DNA of 64,000 nucleotides from an uncultured Bifidobacterium sp. (GCA_964577955.1 CAZOAZ010000013.1:48284-112283); one strand, 5' to 3'; shown: positions 20,041-29,278, counted from the first letter of the stretch. The notes: generated from the sequence alone by a model not told the origin. A program made the numbers and translations.

Positions 20041-20906
20041 TTCTTCCCACCCGGCTTGACGGCTTTCGGCAGTTCGCGGGCGCGCTCCTTCGGGGTGCGC
20101 GGCTTGGCCTTGTGTGGGTCGAATGGCTTCGACGGGGGCACAAGCTTCGGAACCACCTTCGGCGGCCGCTTCGTCCAGGCACGCTTCCACGGCGTGCTCT
20201 TGATGATGATCGTACGGGTCGGCCAGACCACGCGTGTCGAGCCCCAGCCCCAGGGAACCGCCCACACGCCCAGACCGACGCCGTAGCCGCAGTAGACCGC
20301 ACTCGCTGGCACGAAGTCGCCACCAGGGACCGGCGGCACAAACAGGATCCTCGGATCGTAGTGCGGCACGACGATGAACCAGGGATCGGCAGGCACGATC
20401 TCGACGTAAGGGCCGAGGCGCACGACCACCGGCCTGCACGATCGGAGATAGCCGAAGTCGTTTGCCCGACGGCGGACACGCTGCACCGCGTCCATCACCT
20501 CCTCGGGCTGCGCCAGAAACGCGTCGCCTAACTGCTCGGTCCATGACAGGTCGGATGCCATGCGCTCCAGCACCGACGGGAACGGCAGTAACGCCTGGAC
20601 GCTCTGATCCCACGGCAGATGATCGGCGGTGATCGCGTCGGTCAGACGACGGCCACGCAGATAGTGATGATCATCGGCCCAGCGAAAGGCGTCGGGGATA
20701 TCGTCGGCGAATGTCGCCGCGGCCAACACCTGCGCGAGCAGCGGGTCAGGATAGAGCGCGATCGGCGCCACTATCCGTTCGAGTTCGACGAACGAAAAAG
20801 ATGGCGGCACGTCCTGCGCCGCACCTGATCTCGCCCATCCCCACAGACTCAACACCGCCGCGACGGCCACCAACTGTGGCGCGTAGGCGATCTTCTTCGC
20901 TCTCAT
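20037..20906 (-). CDS. DUF3300 domain protein with Pro/Lys-rich tail
   Basis: LERIVAPIALYPDPLLAQVL and LGDAFLAQPEEVMDAVQR; signal peptide. Confidence 0.85.
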   Translation of the reverse strand: MRAKKIAYAPQLVAVAAVLSLWGWARSGAAQDVPPSFSFVELERIVAPIALYPDPLLAQVLAAATFADDIPDAFRWADDHHYLRGRRLTDAITADHLPWDQSVQALLPFPSVLERMASDLSWTEQLGDAFLAQPEEVMDAVQRVRRRANDFGYLRSCRPVVVRLGPYVEIVPADPWFIVVPHYDPRILFVPPVPGGDFVPASAVYCGYGVGLGVWAVPWGWGSTRVVWPTRTIIIKSTPWKRAWTKRPPKVVPKLVPPSKPFDPHKAKPRTPKERARELPKAVKPGGKK

Positions 20907-21523
20907 TGTTCCTCTCCAGTCGCTGAAGGATTGGGGGCAAGGATCGGAATCTTCCCGCTCAGAAACCTCTGTGCGGCCGCCAGCAGCTCGACCGTTGGTG
21001 GCTGGTCGACGTCACATGCCGTGACGAGTCCGAACACGCGGCCCTCGATCATCGCGGGCGCGCCGATGCAGCCGACGATGTCGGGCAGGCTCCGGTCGCC
21101 GATCGCGGTCGTCGGCGACACCCGGCTGGCGCGCTGCGGCAGCGCGACGACGTGGTCGGTGCTGTCGACGCCGGCGATGGTGAACGACGCGCCAACGGTT
21201 GGTGACTCGAAGGACATCGGCAGCGCCACGCCTTCGTTCGAGTCGTCCACAATTCGGAGCACGCCGGTCCTGACGGACGCGTCGCTGTCCTCGTCGACGA
21301 CACGGCTGCCGACGGGCGCAAAGAGCTGAGACGAGGTCAGGTAATAGAGCGTGAGACCGGTTGCGTGGCGCTGGCGATCGACCAGCACCGCGGTGCCGTG
21401 CGCGTAGGCGCTCTGTTTCGGCAGTTCCAGCTGAATCACGCTGCCGCGCGGCAGCTGGCCACCATCGGGCTGGGCCAGTCCGACGGTCGAGATGACGGCG
21501 GCGAGCACGGTGGACATTCGCAT
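20903..21523 (-). CDS. Hypothetical exported protein, possibly a degenerate trypsin-like fold
   Basis: Signal-like N-terminus; GTAVLV...YLTSSQ and GAPAMIEGRVFGLV echo trypsin-like motifs without the catalytic His and Ser. Confidence 0.5.
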   Translation of the reverse strand: MRMSTVLAAVISTVGLAQPDGGQLPRGSVIQLELPKQSAYAHGTAVLVDRQRHATGLTLYYLTSSQLFAPVGSRVVDEDSDASVRTGVLRIVDDSNEGVALPMSFESPTVGASFTIAGVDSTDHVVALPQRASRVSPTTAIGDRSLPDIVGCIGAPAMIEGRVFGLVTACDVDQPPTVELLAAAQRFLSGKIPILAPNPSATGEEQ

Positions 21524-21537
21524 GTGTTCGACGAGGG

Positions 21538-21551
21538 GCAACACTCGTGCC
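21538..21551 (-). promoter_or_regulatory. sigma54 -24/-12 element for the ppsA operon
   Basis: Minus strand cGGCACG-agtg-TTGCc. Confidence 0.75.
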
Positions 21552-21605
21552 GCTCCTGGCCGGGTGACCGTGGGCGCCACACCGCCCCGGTCAGCGATCA
21601 TCGAC

Positions 21606-21643
21606 TGCGGAGGATTCCACGGGCGCTGCGAATTAGTTCCGCA
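21606..21643. promoter_or_regulatory. Tandem putative enhancer (UAS) boxes
   Basis: TGCGGAGGATTCCA (21606) and TGCGAATTAGTTCCGCA (21627), between divergent sigma54 sites. Confidence 0.6.
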
Positions 21644-21684
21644 TCCGCGGCGATGGCCGGCTCGCGGCGCCCGCGGATCGCGCT

Positions 21685-21698
21685 GGCATCGCGGTTGC
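21685..21698 (+). promoter_or_regulatory. sigma54 -24/-12 element
   Basis: TGGCAT-cgcgg-TTGCc upstream of the BON gene. Confidence 0.75.
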
Positions 21699-21742
21699 CT
21701 TCTCCGGGGTATCAACCAGCCGCGAATCGGGGAGGACGACTC

Positions 21743-22306
21743 ATGACCGACCGAGATCTGATGGAAAGCGTTGAACGCGCGTTGGATTGGGAACCCAGCC
21801 TGGATGCCGGCGACATCGGCGTCTCGGTCGAAGATGGCGTGGCGACGCTGCGCGGGACGGTGCCTTCGTACTCGCAGCGGATGGCCGCCGAGCGCGCCGC
21901 CCTGCATGTCTACGGCGTGAAGGCCGTCGCCAATGACCTGGCGGTTCGGCTGGGCAGCGCCTTCACACTCAACGACACGGAGATCGCCCAGGCGGCGGTC
22001 GGCGCGTTGAAGTGGAACTCGATGGTGCCCGCGGGGCGAATCACGGTGACGGTGGCCGACGGCTGGATCACCTTGGCCGGAGCGGTCGAGTGGCAGTATC
22101 AGCGCGATGCCGCGGCGCGCGCCGTGCGCGACATCACCGGCGTCAAAGGCGTGTCGAACAACGTGGTCGTCCAGCCGCGTCCGGCCGCCGGCGATGTCCG
22201 CGAGAAGATCGAAGCCGCGTTCAAGCGCAGCGCCGAGATCGATGCGCGACGCATCAACGTCAACGGCAGCACATCGGTCAATTCGGCACGCTCTAGGCCA
22301 TCATGA
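21743..22306 (+). pseudogene. BON domain (OsmY-like) protein, third BON domain truncated
   Basis: RBS GGAGG; two complete BON domains, then AEIDARRINV is followed by unrelated residues and a stop overlapping the next gene. Confidence 0.65.
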
Positions 22307-24045
22307 ATCTCAACGTCATCGCGCTGGACTACGACGGCACCATCGCCCGGGGCGACACGCTCGATCCCCAGGTGCGCGACGCCGTGGCGGCGGCGCGGCG
22401 GGCCGGCATTCTCGTCGCGCTCGTCACCGGACGCATCATCAGCGAATTGCAGCGGGTCGCCGGCGACCTCCATTTCGTGGATGTGGTGATCGCCGAGAAC
22501 GGTGCGGTGGTCCATTACCCGCAAGCCGGACACACGACGGTGCTGACGACCGTGATTCCCACCGCGTTCGTCGCCGAACTCGGCCGGCGCGGCATTCCAT
22601 TCCGGCAGGGACAGTGCCTGGTCGACGCCGACGCCAACGATGCTCAGCGCCTGCTGGAGGTCGTTCGCGCCCTCGAGGTTCCGCTCGTTCTGATCTTCAA
22701 CGCCGGGCGGGTGATGGTGCTCCCCCAAGGCGTGAGCAAGGCGACCGGGCTCCGGGTGACGCTCGACACACTGCGCATCTCGCCGCGCAACACCGTCGCG
22801 ATCGGCGACGCCGAAAACGATCACGAGATGCTGCGGCTCGCCGAGGTCGGTGTCGCGGTCGAATGGGGGAGCACGGCGCTCAAGGCCGTGGCCGATGTGG
22901 TGCTCCGTGGCGCCGGGCCGCAGAGCGTCGCGGAGTACATCCGCAGCCTGACCGCCACGCGACGCCTCCCGGTTCCGGAGCGGGCCCGCCGCCGCCTGCG
23001 GCTCGGCCACACGGCCGACGGCCGGGAATTTTCGCTCGCGGTTCGCGGCCGGAACGTCCTCGTCACCGGAGATGCCAAGTCCGGGAAGTCGTGGGCCGCC
23101 GGCCTGCTGTGCGAACAGTTGATTCTGCACGGCTATTGTTGCTGCGTGATCGATCCCGAAGGCGACTACAGTTCGCTCGAAGGCCTGCCCGGCGTCACCG
23201 TGCTCGGACGTGACGATCCGCCGCCGACGCCGCGTGACCTGCTCCGCGCCCTGCGTTACCCGGATCGCAGCGTCGTCATCGATCTGTCGCGCCAGACCTA
23301 CGACGCCAAGATCGCCTACATTCGCGGGTTGCTGCCGGCGCTGAATGTGTTGCGTCAGCGGACTGGACTTCCCCACCGGATCCTCCTCGACGAGGCGCAC
23401 TACTATCTCCACGATGAGGAGGCGTTGCGACTGCTCGACTTCGAACGGAACGGGTACACGATCGTCACCTATCGCGCGTCATGGCTGCCGGAGGCCCTGC
23501 TCGCGGCCACGGAAGTGATGCTCGTGACCTGCGAGTCGAACCCGGCCGAAGTCGAGCGGCTTCGCGCCCGCTGTGCGCGGTGCCAGGGCGACGACAAGAG
23601 CTGGTCGAGCCTCGGGCATCTGAAGATCGGGCAGGCGGTCGCCCTGCCGGTCACCGAGGAAGCCGGTGGCGAGCTGCGTCTGTTCACGCTCGCGCCCCGG
23701 CTCACCCCGCACGTGCGGCATCGCGAGAAGTACGTCGACGTGCCGGTGAGCCAGGAGGTCGCCTTCAGGTTCGATGGCACCGCCCAGACCGAGCAGCGGG
23801 CGCGCACGCTGCGAGAGTTCGTCGCTGAGCTCGAAAAGCGGCCGGCCGGCGCGTTGGCCGACTACGCGGCGCGCGGCGACTTCTCCCGGTGGATCGAAAG
23901 CGTCTTCGGCGACCGCGCGCTGGCCGAGGAGCTCCGCGCTCTCGAGGCGCAGTATCGAACGGCGAGCCGGCCCGAATTGCTGAACCACATGGCCGTCGCG
24001 ATTCGGGCTCGCTACGATCTGGCCGAAGAGACGACGCCGGCGTAG
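22303..24045 (+). CDS. HAD-IIB (Cof-like) phosphatase fused to a P-loop ATPase and a C-terminal DUF5752-like domain
   Basis: IALDYDGT, KATG, GDAEND; Walker A GDAKSGKS, Walker B ILLDEAH; tail GDFSRWIESVFGD. Confidence 0.8.
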   Translation: MNLNVIALDYDGTIARGDTLDPQVRDAVAAARRAGILVALVTGRIISELQRVAGDLHFVDVVIAENGAVVHYPQAGHTTVLTTVIPTAFVAELGRRGIPFRQGQCLVDADANDAQRLLEVVRALEVPLVLIFNAGRVMVLPQGVSKATGLRVTLDTLRISPRNTVAIGDAENDHEMLRLAEVGVAVEWGSTALKAVADVVLRGAGPQSVAEYIRSLTATRRLPVPERARRRLRLGHTADGREFSLAVRGRNVLVTGDAKSGKSWAAGLLCEQLILHGYCCCVIDPEGDYSSLEGLPGVTVLGRDDPPPTPRDLLRALRYPDRSVVIDLSRQTYDAKIAYIRGLLPALNVLRQRTGLPHRILLDEAHYYLHDEEALRLLDFERNGYTIVTYRASWLPEALLAATEVMLVTCESNPAEVERLRARCARCQGDDKSWSSLGHLKIGQAVALPVTEEAGGELRLFTLAPRLTPHVRHREKYVDVPVSQEVAFRFDGTAQTEQRARTLREFVAELEKRPAGALADYAARGDFSRWIESVFGDRALAEELRALEAQYRTASRPELLNHMAVAIRARYDLAEETTPA

Positions 24046-24048
24046 GGG

Positions 24049-25035
24049 CTACGGGACGAGCACCGCGGCGCCCGACAGCCGGCCGCGGCGCAGATCGTCA
24101 AGCGCGGCGTTCGCGTCGGCAAGCGCGTACGTTCGAATTTCCGTTCGGATCGGCATCGTCCCGGCCAACGCCATGAACTCGCGCGCGTCCGCGCGGGTCA
24201 GATTCGCCACCGAGCGCAGCGACCGCTCTTCCCACAACAGCCCATAGCGGAAGGCCGGAATCTGACTCATATGGATGCCGGCGCAGACCACCGTGCCGCC
24301 GGGCGCGGTGCGCGACAGCGCTTCGGGAACGAGCGCGCCGACCGGTGCGAAGATGATGGCGCTGTCGAGCGGGACCGGCGGCGGTCGATTCGAGAAGCCC
24401 GCCCAGGTGGCGCCCACCCTGAGAGCGAAGCGTATCCCTTCGTCATCGCCTGGCGCCACGAAGGCGTAGACCTCGACGCCCTGTTGGACGGCGACCTGCG
24501 CGATGATGTGCGCGGCCGCGCCGAAGCCGTAGATGCCGAGACGCCGTGTGGCACCGGCCATCCGATACGCGCGATAGCCAATCAGCCCCGCACAAAGCAG
24601 CGGCGCCGCGTGCGCATCATCGTAGCCAGGCGGCAGCGCGACGCAGAACGCCGCGTCCGCCAGGACCGCCTCCTGATAGCCACCGTCGATCAGGTAACCG
24701 GTGAACCGGGCGCGCGGGCACAGGTTTTCGCGACCGTCGCGACAATAGGCGCATTGCCCGCAGGCCCACGCCAGCCACGGCACGCCGACGCGATCGCCGA
24801 TGTGCGGTTCTGCGATCCCGGCCCCCAGCCGCATGACGCGCCCGACGATCTCATGACCAGGAACCAGCGGCAGCTTCGGATCCGGCAGTTCGCCATCCAC
24901 TACGTGCAGATCGGTGCGACAGATCCCGCAGGCCAGCACCTCGAGGAGCACCTGGCCCGGTCCAGGCTCCGGAAGATCGACGTCGACGGCTTCGAGCGCT
25001 CCGGCCCCGGCGCGCGTGAGCGCCATTGCACGCAT
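24049..25035 (-). CDS. Zinc-dependent alcohol dehydrogenase (AdhP-like)
   Basis: CGICRTDLH, GHEIVG, structural zinc CGQCAYC...C and GFGAAA. Confidence 0.93.
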   Translation of the reverse strand: MRAMALTRAGAGALEAVDVDLPEPGPGQVLLEVLACGICRTDLHVVDGELPDPKLPLVPGHEIVGRVMRLGAGIAEPHIGDRVGVPWLAWACGQCAYCRDGRENLCPRARFTGYLIDGGYQEAVLADAAFCVALPPGYDDAHAAPLLCAGLIGYRAYRMAGATRRLGIYGFGAAAHIIAQVAVQQGVEVYAFVAPGDDEGIRFALRVGATWAGFSNRPPPVPLDSAIIFAPVGALVPEALSRTAPGGTVVCAGIHMSQIPAFRYGLLWEERSLRSVANLTRADAREFMALAGTMPIRTEIRTYALADANAALDDLRRGRLSGAAVLVP

Positions 25036-25049
25036 CGCGGGCGCGCCGC

Positions 25050-25553
25050 CTACCGCGCCGGAACCTGACTCGCGGCCGCCTTCGCGTCCGCCGCAACGGC
25101 CTCGCGCTCCAGCGAGCGAATCGTCAGCACCGGACACGGCGCGAGGCGGACCACACGCTCAGCCACGCTGCCCATCAGCAAATGAGCGATGGCACCACGC
25201 CCGTGCGTGCCGATGACGATCAGATCGATCTTCTCCGCCCTGGCGTACTCGACGATGACCGATGCCGGCGACAACGACGACAGCACAGTGGCACGGGCGT
25301 GCAGTTCGCGCCGGTCCGCGTCCGTCAGGAGCGCTTCCAGGCGCGTCAGCGCGGCCCGCTCGATATCTTCCTGCATGTCGGGCGTGAGCAGCACCAGGGC
25401 GTCGCCCGCGTAGCGCGCCATCAGGTCATCCTCGACGTACATGAGATGCAGCGCCGCGCCGTACTGCCGGGCCAGGTCACGCCCGTACGCGAGCGCCGCC
25501 GCCGCGGGTTCACCGAAGTCTGTCGCCACAAGAATCTTCTTCAATGCAATCAT
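25050..25553 (-). CDS. Universal stress protein (single domain)
   Basis: KILVATDF; DLIVIGTHGRG...LMGSVAERVVRLAPCPVL. Confidence 0.93.
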   Translation of the reverse strand: MIALKKILVATDFGEPAAAALAYGRDLARQYGAALHLMYVEDDLMARYAGDALVLLTPDMQEDIERAALTRLEALLTDADRRELHARATVLSSLSPASVIVEYARAEKIDLIVIGTHGRGAIAHLLMGSVAERVVRLAPCPVLTIRSLEREAVAADAKAAASQVPAR

Positions 25554-25572
25554 GATGTCCTCGCCTTGCCAC

Positions 25573-26226
25573 TCATTGCGGCCGTGCCGGCGCACCCGGG
25601 CCCGATCGCGGCGCCGGCGACGGCCAATCCCAGCGCCCCGCCTCCGAATTGGCGTCGTCGGTCGACGCGATCCGTACGGGCATTGCCGCGAGACGGTCGT
25701 AGAGTCTGATGTCCGCGCGGATCGGCCACCAGTCGTAGAGGAAGATCTCCATCGGCCGCCACATCGCGACCCAGCCGCCGATCAGGAGGCTCTCGCGCAG
25801 CACTTCGCCCAGCGTGCCCGCCAAGGCCTTGGCCACCACATCGCCGACGATCACCGAGGCGGCGAGCCACGCGAGACCAATCGCCAGGCTGGTGCGGCCA
25901 ACCCGCATCAACTGCCGCAGACTCTGGGTCGCGGTGCCCGAGCGGTAGGTGAAGAACTCGGCGATCGCGGCGCGCAGAATCGCCGCGGCATCACCGGCCC
26001 CGAGCGGCCTGTCGACGTGGACCACCAGCGCCAGCGCGGCCTCGCGGGGCAGGTCGCGCGCCCACTGCACGATGAAGTCTTCGGCCTTGGGATCGAGATC
26101 CTTCTCCCGAAACGGCGACGGATCGATCGAATTGAACAACTGCTTCAACTCGGCGACATGGACCTCGATCGCCTCCGTCTTCTGATCCGGGCGTGCATCA
26201 ACCGCCGCCGGCGGCACCGAGATCAT
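25573..26226 (-). CDS. Conserved hypothetical membrane protein
   Basis: QLFNSIDPSPFREKDLD...; two TMs; ESLLIGGWVAMWRPMEIFLYDWWP. Confidence 0.75.
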   Translation of the reverse strand: MISVPPAAVDARPDQKTEAIEVHVAELKQLFNSIDPSPFREKDLDPKAEDFIVQWARDLPREAALALVVHVDRPLGAGDAAAILRAAIAEFFTYRSGTATQSLRQLMRVGRTSLAIGLAWLAASVIVGDVVAKALAGTLGEVLRESLLIGGWVAMWRPMEIFLYDWWPIRADIRLYDRLAAMPVRIASTDDANSEAGRWDWPSPAPRSGPGAPARPQ

Positions 26227-26243
26227 CGCTGCGCCTTCGCCGT

Positions 26244-27176
26244 TCACGGCCGTGCCGACGCGCGGACGACATAGACCGGACAGTGGGCGTGCCGCGCCAC
26301 CGCCTCGGAGACACTCCCCACGAGCAACCGCTCCACCCCGCTTCGGCCATGCGACCCCAGTGCGATCATGTCCGCGCCCCACTCGCGGGCCTGGTCAGGG
26401 ATGACCTGACGCGCGTCACCCTGTACGACGACGCCCTCGGCGTTGATGCCGGTCGCGCGCAGGTGTCGAGTCACATCGTCGACCAGCAGCTGGCCATCGT
26501 GGCGGCGCCGCGAGTATGCAGCCACGAGCTCAGGCGCGGGCGGGTTGAAGCTCCATTCGTCGACATGGAGCACTCGCGCCGTCATGTGCTCCTGGACGAA
26601 CCCAAGCGTGATGGCGTCGCGCACGGTCGCCGTCCACTCCGAACCGTCGACCGCCACGAGGACCTTCAGGGGGCGGCGCTCAGCGACGCCTCCCGGCAGC
26701 GCCGAAGACGCGGCGACTCCTGTGGCGGGGTCGTGGCGGACGATCAACACCGAGCAGGGCGCGTGCCTCAGGACGTTCTCGGCGACGCTGCCCAGCATCA
26801 GCCGCGTGAGCCCGGTGCGACCGTGCGAGCCGAGCACAATCAGATCGGCGCGCCAATCGCGCGCGGCAGTGACGATCGCCGCACGCGCGTCGCCTTCCAC
26901 CAGCTCCGACGTGACACTGAACCCCGCGGTGCCGAGGCGCCCGACCACGCGGTCGACGACCGCTTGCGCCTGGCGGCGGCGCGCACCGCGATAGTTCAGC
27001 AAATCGTCGACGGCCGTGGGTCCCTCCCCGAACGCGAGCGACATCGGCAACCCCTTCGACCATTCCGTCACGTGCAGCACGCACACCTCGACGTAGCCCG
27101 ACGCACAGTGCCGGAGCAGAAAGTCAATGGCCAGGTCGGCAAACGGTGATTCGTCTACCGCGAGCAGCAGCTTCAT
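26244..27176 (-). CDS. Universal stress protein (tandem domains)
   Basis: MKLLLAVD and KVLVAVDGS; two G-SHGR...GSV motifs. Confidence 0.9.
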   Translation of the reverse strand: MKLLLAVDESPFADLAIDFLLRHCASGYVEVCVLHVTEWSKGLPMSLAFGEGPTAVDDLLNYRGARRRQAQAVVDRVVGRLGTAGFSVTSELVEGDARAAIVTAARDWRADLIVLGSHGRTGLTRLMLGSVAENVLRHAPCSVLIVRHDPATGVAASSALPGGVAERRPLKVLVAVDGSEWTATVRDAITLGFVQEHMTARVLHVDEWSFNPPAPELVAAYSRRRHDGQLLVDDVTRHLRATGINAEGVVVQGDARQVIPDQAREWGADMIALGSHGRSGVERLLVGSVSEAVARHAHCPVYVVRASARP

Positions 27177-27211
27177 CCGGCCGGCGCCGGCCTGCGTGTG
27201 GAGTGACACGG

Positions 27212-27532
27212 CTACATCACCTTCTTGCCCGACGAATCCGCGGGCTTCTGCCGGCGACGTTTCAGAAGTTCGGCGATCCACTCAGACAGCCGCCCCGCAT
27301 GCGCGGTCTGTACCCGAACCGTTGCCGTGACCTCTTTCACGTCGTCGAGAATCGCGTTGACCCGGCTCAGCGCAGGCGACACCTGCTGGTCTTCGAGGCG
27401 GCGCACGGTCAGCAACACGCTGCGACACAAGATCGCGATGGCGCCGAGGGCCGCGATGATGAACAGGCCTTCGACCACGCTGACGGCGGCCATGACGCCA
27501 AGCAGACGGTTGGTCGTCGTCAGATCACCCAC
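27212..27532 (-). CDS. Small membrane protein with coiled coil (DUF948-like)
   Basis: TM VVEGLFIIAALGAIAIL followed by an amphipathic helix; GTG start overlaps the upstream stop. Confidence 0.55.
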   Translation of the reverse strand: MGDLTTTNRLLGVMAAVSVVEGLFIIAALGAIAILCRSVLLTVRRLEDQQVSPALSRVNAILDDVKEVTATVRVQTAHAGRLSEWIAELLKRRRQKPADSSGKKVM

Positions 27533-27896
27533 GGCGCCGTCCTTTCGGCACCCGCGCGCGACGTGCCGGGGAGCCGTCGTCGCGACTGCACGCGTAGCAT
27601 TCCGCCGCGGTGGGTTCGGCGCGCAGTCTCGCCTCGGCGATCGGCCGGTGGCAAGTCTCGCACACACCATAGCGGCCGGTGCGAATCCGATCGAGGGTCT
27701 GCTGGATGGCGGCGAATTCGGCTCGCGTATGGTCATCCAACCGCTCGAGCACCGGCTCGTTCTCGCGCTCGGTCGCCTGCTCAACCGCGTCATCGTCGTG
27801 ACCGGCCCGCAGATCCCGGGTGATCGCGCCAACGCGGCGGGCGAGCTCGGATCGACGCGCCTCCAATTCAGCTTCGAGAGCTTCAAGATGATTCAT
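27525..27896 (-). CDS. TraR/DksA C4 zinc-finger protein
   Basis: Coiled coil with DDAVEQA; YGVCETC...RL.AEP...CYAC. Confidence 0.88.
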   Translation of the reverse strand: MNHLEALEAELEARRSELARRVGAITRDLRAGHDDDAVEQATERENEPVLERLDDHTRAEFAAIQQTLDRIRTGRYGVCETCHRPIAEARLRAEPTAAECYACSRDDGSPARRARVPKGRRRG

Positions 27897-28306
27897 GGCC
27901 GCACTCCGCGAAACGAGATCGGGTTCACTCGGTGCAGATAGCCGTGACACTGCGAGCAACTGGTGACGAGAGCGGCATACGCGGCCGTCGCCTCATCGCG
28001 GCTCTGCATGGTTGCCGCCTTACGGAGACGCTGGACCGCGTTGAGAAAGGCGGTCGCGCGGTCCGAATAGCCGGATTCCGGCCGCACCTGCCAAGAGGAG
28101 ATCTCCGTGAAGGAAATCCGGGCAAGACGATCGGAATAGCGCTCGATCTGGAGAAAATCGCCAGTGACGATCGGTTTCAGCAACCGCTCGGCGTTTTCGA
28201 CCTTCTCGTGCATCACGGTCTTCATCGACGGCGACTGTCCTTGAACTCCCGCCGGCGTCCCGACAGCCACCAGCACCGTCGCCATCATCCATACGCGCAA
28301 CTGCAT
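27893..28306 (-). CDS. Cytochrome c'-like (four-helix bundle) monoheme protein
   Basis: Signal peptide, helical body, C-terminal CSQCH. Confidence 0.75.
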   Translation of the reverse strand: MQLRVWMMATVLVAVGTPAGVQGQSPSMKTVMHEKVENAERLLKPIVTGDFLQIERYSDRLARISFTEISSWQVRPESGYSDRATAFLNAVQRLRKAATMQSRDEATAAYAALVTSCSQCHGYLHRVNPISFRGVRP

Positions 28307-28331
28307 GTTCGTCCTCCGAGCCGGCCTCAGG

Positions 28332-28345
28332 GCAACTGTCGTGCC
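28332..28345 (-). promoter_or_regulatory. sigma54 -24/-12 element
   Basis: Minus strand cGGCACG-acag-TTGCc. Confidence 0.75.
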
Positions 28346-28444
28346 GTCCCGGGGCGGCGCCGGCGGCCCACCCTCGCCCGCCGCAATCAGAGCGTTTCGG
28401 TTTCCAGCGGGCCATTGAGCTTGAATTGGGGACCCGCGCCGCGC

Positions 28445-28478
28445 GGGAAATGCCGCACCGCAGCCGGAGATTTCCGCA
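28445..28478. promoter_or_regulatory. Tandem putative enhancer (UAS) boxes
   Basis: GGGAAATGCCGCA (28445) and GGAGATTTCCGCA (28466); nearly identical to 32683-32716. Confidence 0.7.
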
Positions 28479-28479
28479 A

Positions 28480-29079
28480 TCACGGTCCGTCGGGCGGCTC
28501 GCGCTCGAGGCTCCTTCGCAGCGGCAGCCAGCGCTGGCGATAGCCCTCGGCATCGCCGTAGTCGACGAACCGGCGATAGTGCGAATGCGGGGCGCGTACG
28601 CGCCTGGCATGGCGGATCGGGCACCAGTACTGCTCGGTGCGCGCCGCTACTTCCCGGACGTAGGCGAACACGCCATTCGCATAGCTGCAATAGAGACAGT
28701 TCAGCTTCTCGAGGGCGTTCAAATACGCCAGGTGATGCCGGTCGATGACGATGTAGTCGGCACGGCGTACGCGAGCGATCCCATAAACGCGAAAACAGAC
28801 TGCCTGATAGAGCAGAATCCAGGCGTCGAGCGCGGCAATCGGCACGAGCAGAGAATAGATCAGCGGCGCCGTCAGCAGGTTGCGGACGTCACTCTCGCGG
28901 AGGAATCGCGGAATGCTCTGCTTCAGCCGTCGGTGCGCCTCACCCACCCGTTCCTCGAAGCGGACGCGCCCATCCTCGATCCGATAGCGCCAACGCCTTC
29001 TGGCCTGAATGAACTCGCTCTCGAGCTGCCGCTCGAGCTGCGTAATGTGCTCGAGCAGTTCATCAATCGCGACAGACAT
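28480..29079 (-). CDS. Conserved hypothetical membrane protein with Cys motifs
   Basis: YQAVCFRVYGI, IDRHHLAYLN, KLNCLYCSYANG and TEQYWCPIRH. Confidence 0.75.
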   Translation of the reverse strand: MSVAIDELLEHITQLERQLESEFIQARRRWRYRIEDGRVRFEERVGEAHRRLKQSIPRFLRESDVRNLLTAPLIYSLLVPIAALDAWILLYQAVCFRVYGIARVRRADYIVIDRHHLAYLNALEKLNCLYCSYANGVFAYVREVAARTEQYWCPIRHARRVRAPHSHYRRFVDYGDAEGYRQRWLPLRRSLEREPPDGP

Positions 29080-29190
29080 CGTGCCTCCCATGACCGCCAA
29101 CCCGCGGATTCCAGCCACCCCATCAAATTGGGGGCCACCCGCGCGACGCCTTTCGCCGGGCAGACTCCCGTCCGAACCCCTGCCGGGCCG

Positions 29191-29220
29191 GGGGATTTTC
29201 CGTCCGGTCCAGGGAAAGTC
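29191..29220. promoter_or_regulatory. Tandem putative enhancer (UAS) boxes
   Basis: GGGATTTTCC (29191) and GGGAAAGTCC (29211). Confidence 0.6.
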
Positions 29221-29264
29221 CGCGCGGCCATCATCCGGGTCGCTGCCTGTGCGACCCGGCGATC

Positions 29265-29278
29265 GGCATGGCGGTTGC
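29265..29278 (+). promoter_or_regulatory. sigma54 -24/-12 element
   Basis: cGGCAT-ggcgg-TTGCc; 14 nt before the GTG at 29293. Confidence 0.7.

Noticed and set aside
17596-20613. 1005-aa ORF as an extended PpsA
   Set aside because: The N-terminal extension overlaps the DUF3300 gene in another frame; the real start is 20040.
29160-29173. Minus-strand GG-N10-GC for the 29079 gene
   Set aside because: Lacks both the GGCA and TTGC contexts and is very close to the enhancer boxes; could be chance.
29235-29259. 9-bp hairpin CCGGGTCGC/GCGACCCGG
   Set aside because: It lies between divergent genes with no U-tract, so it is not a terminator; function unsupported.
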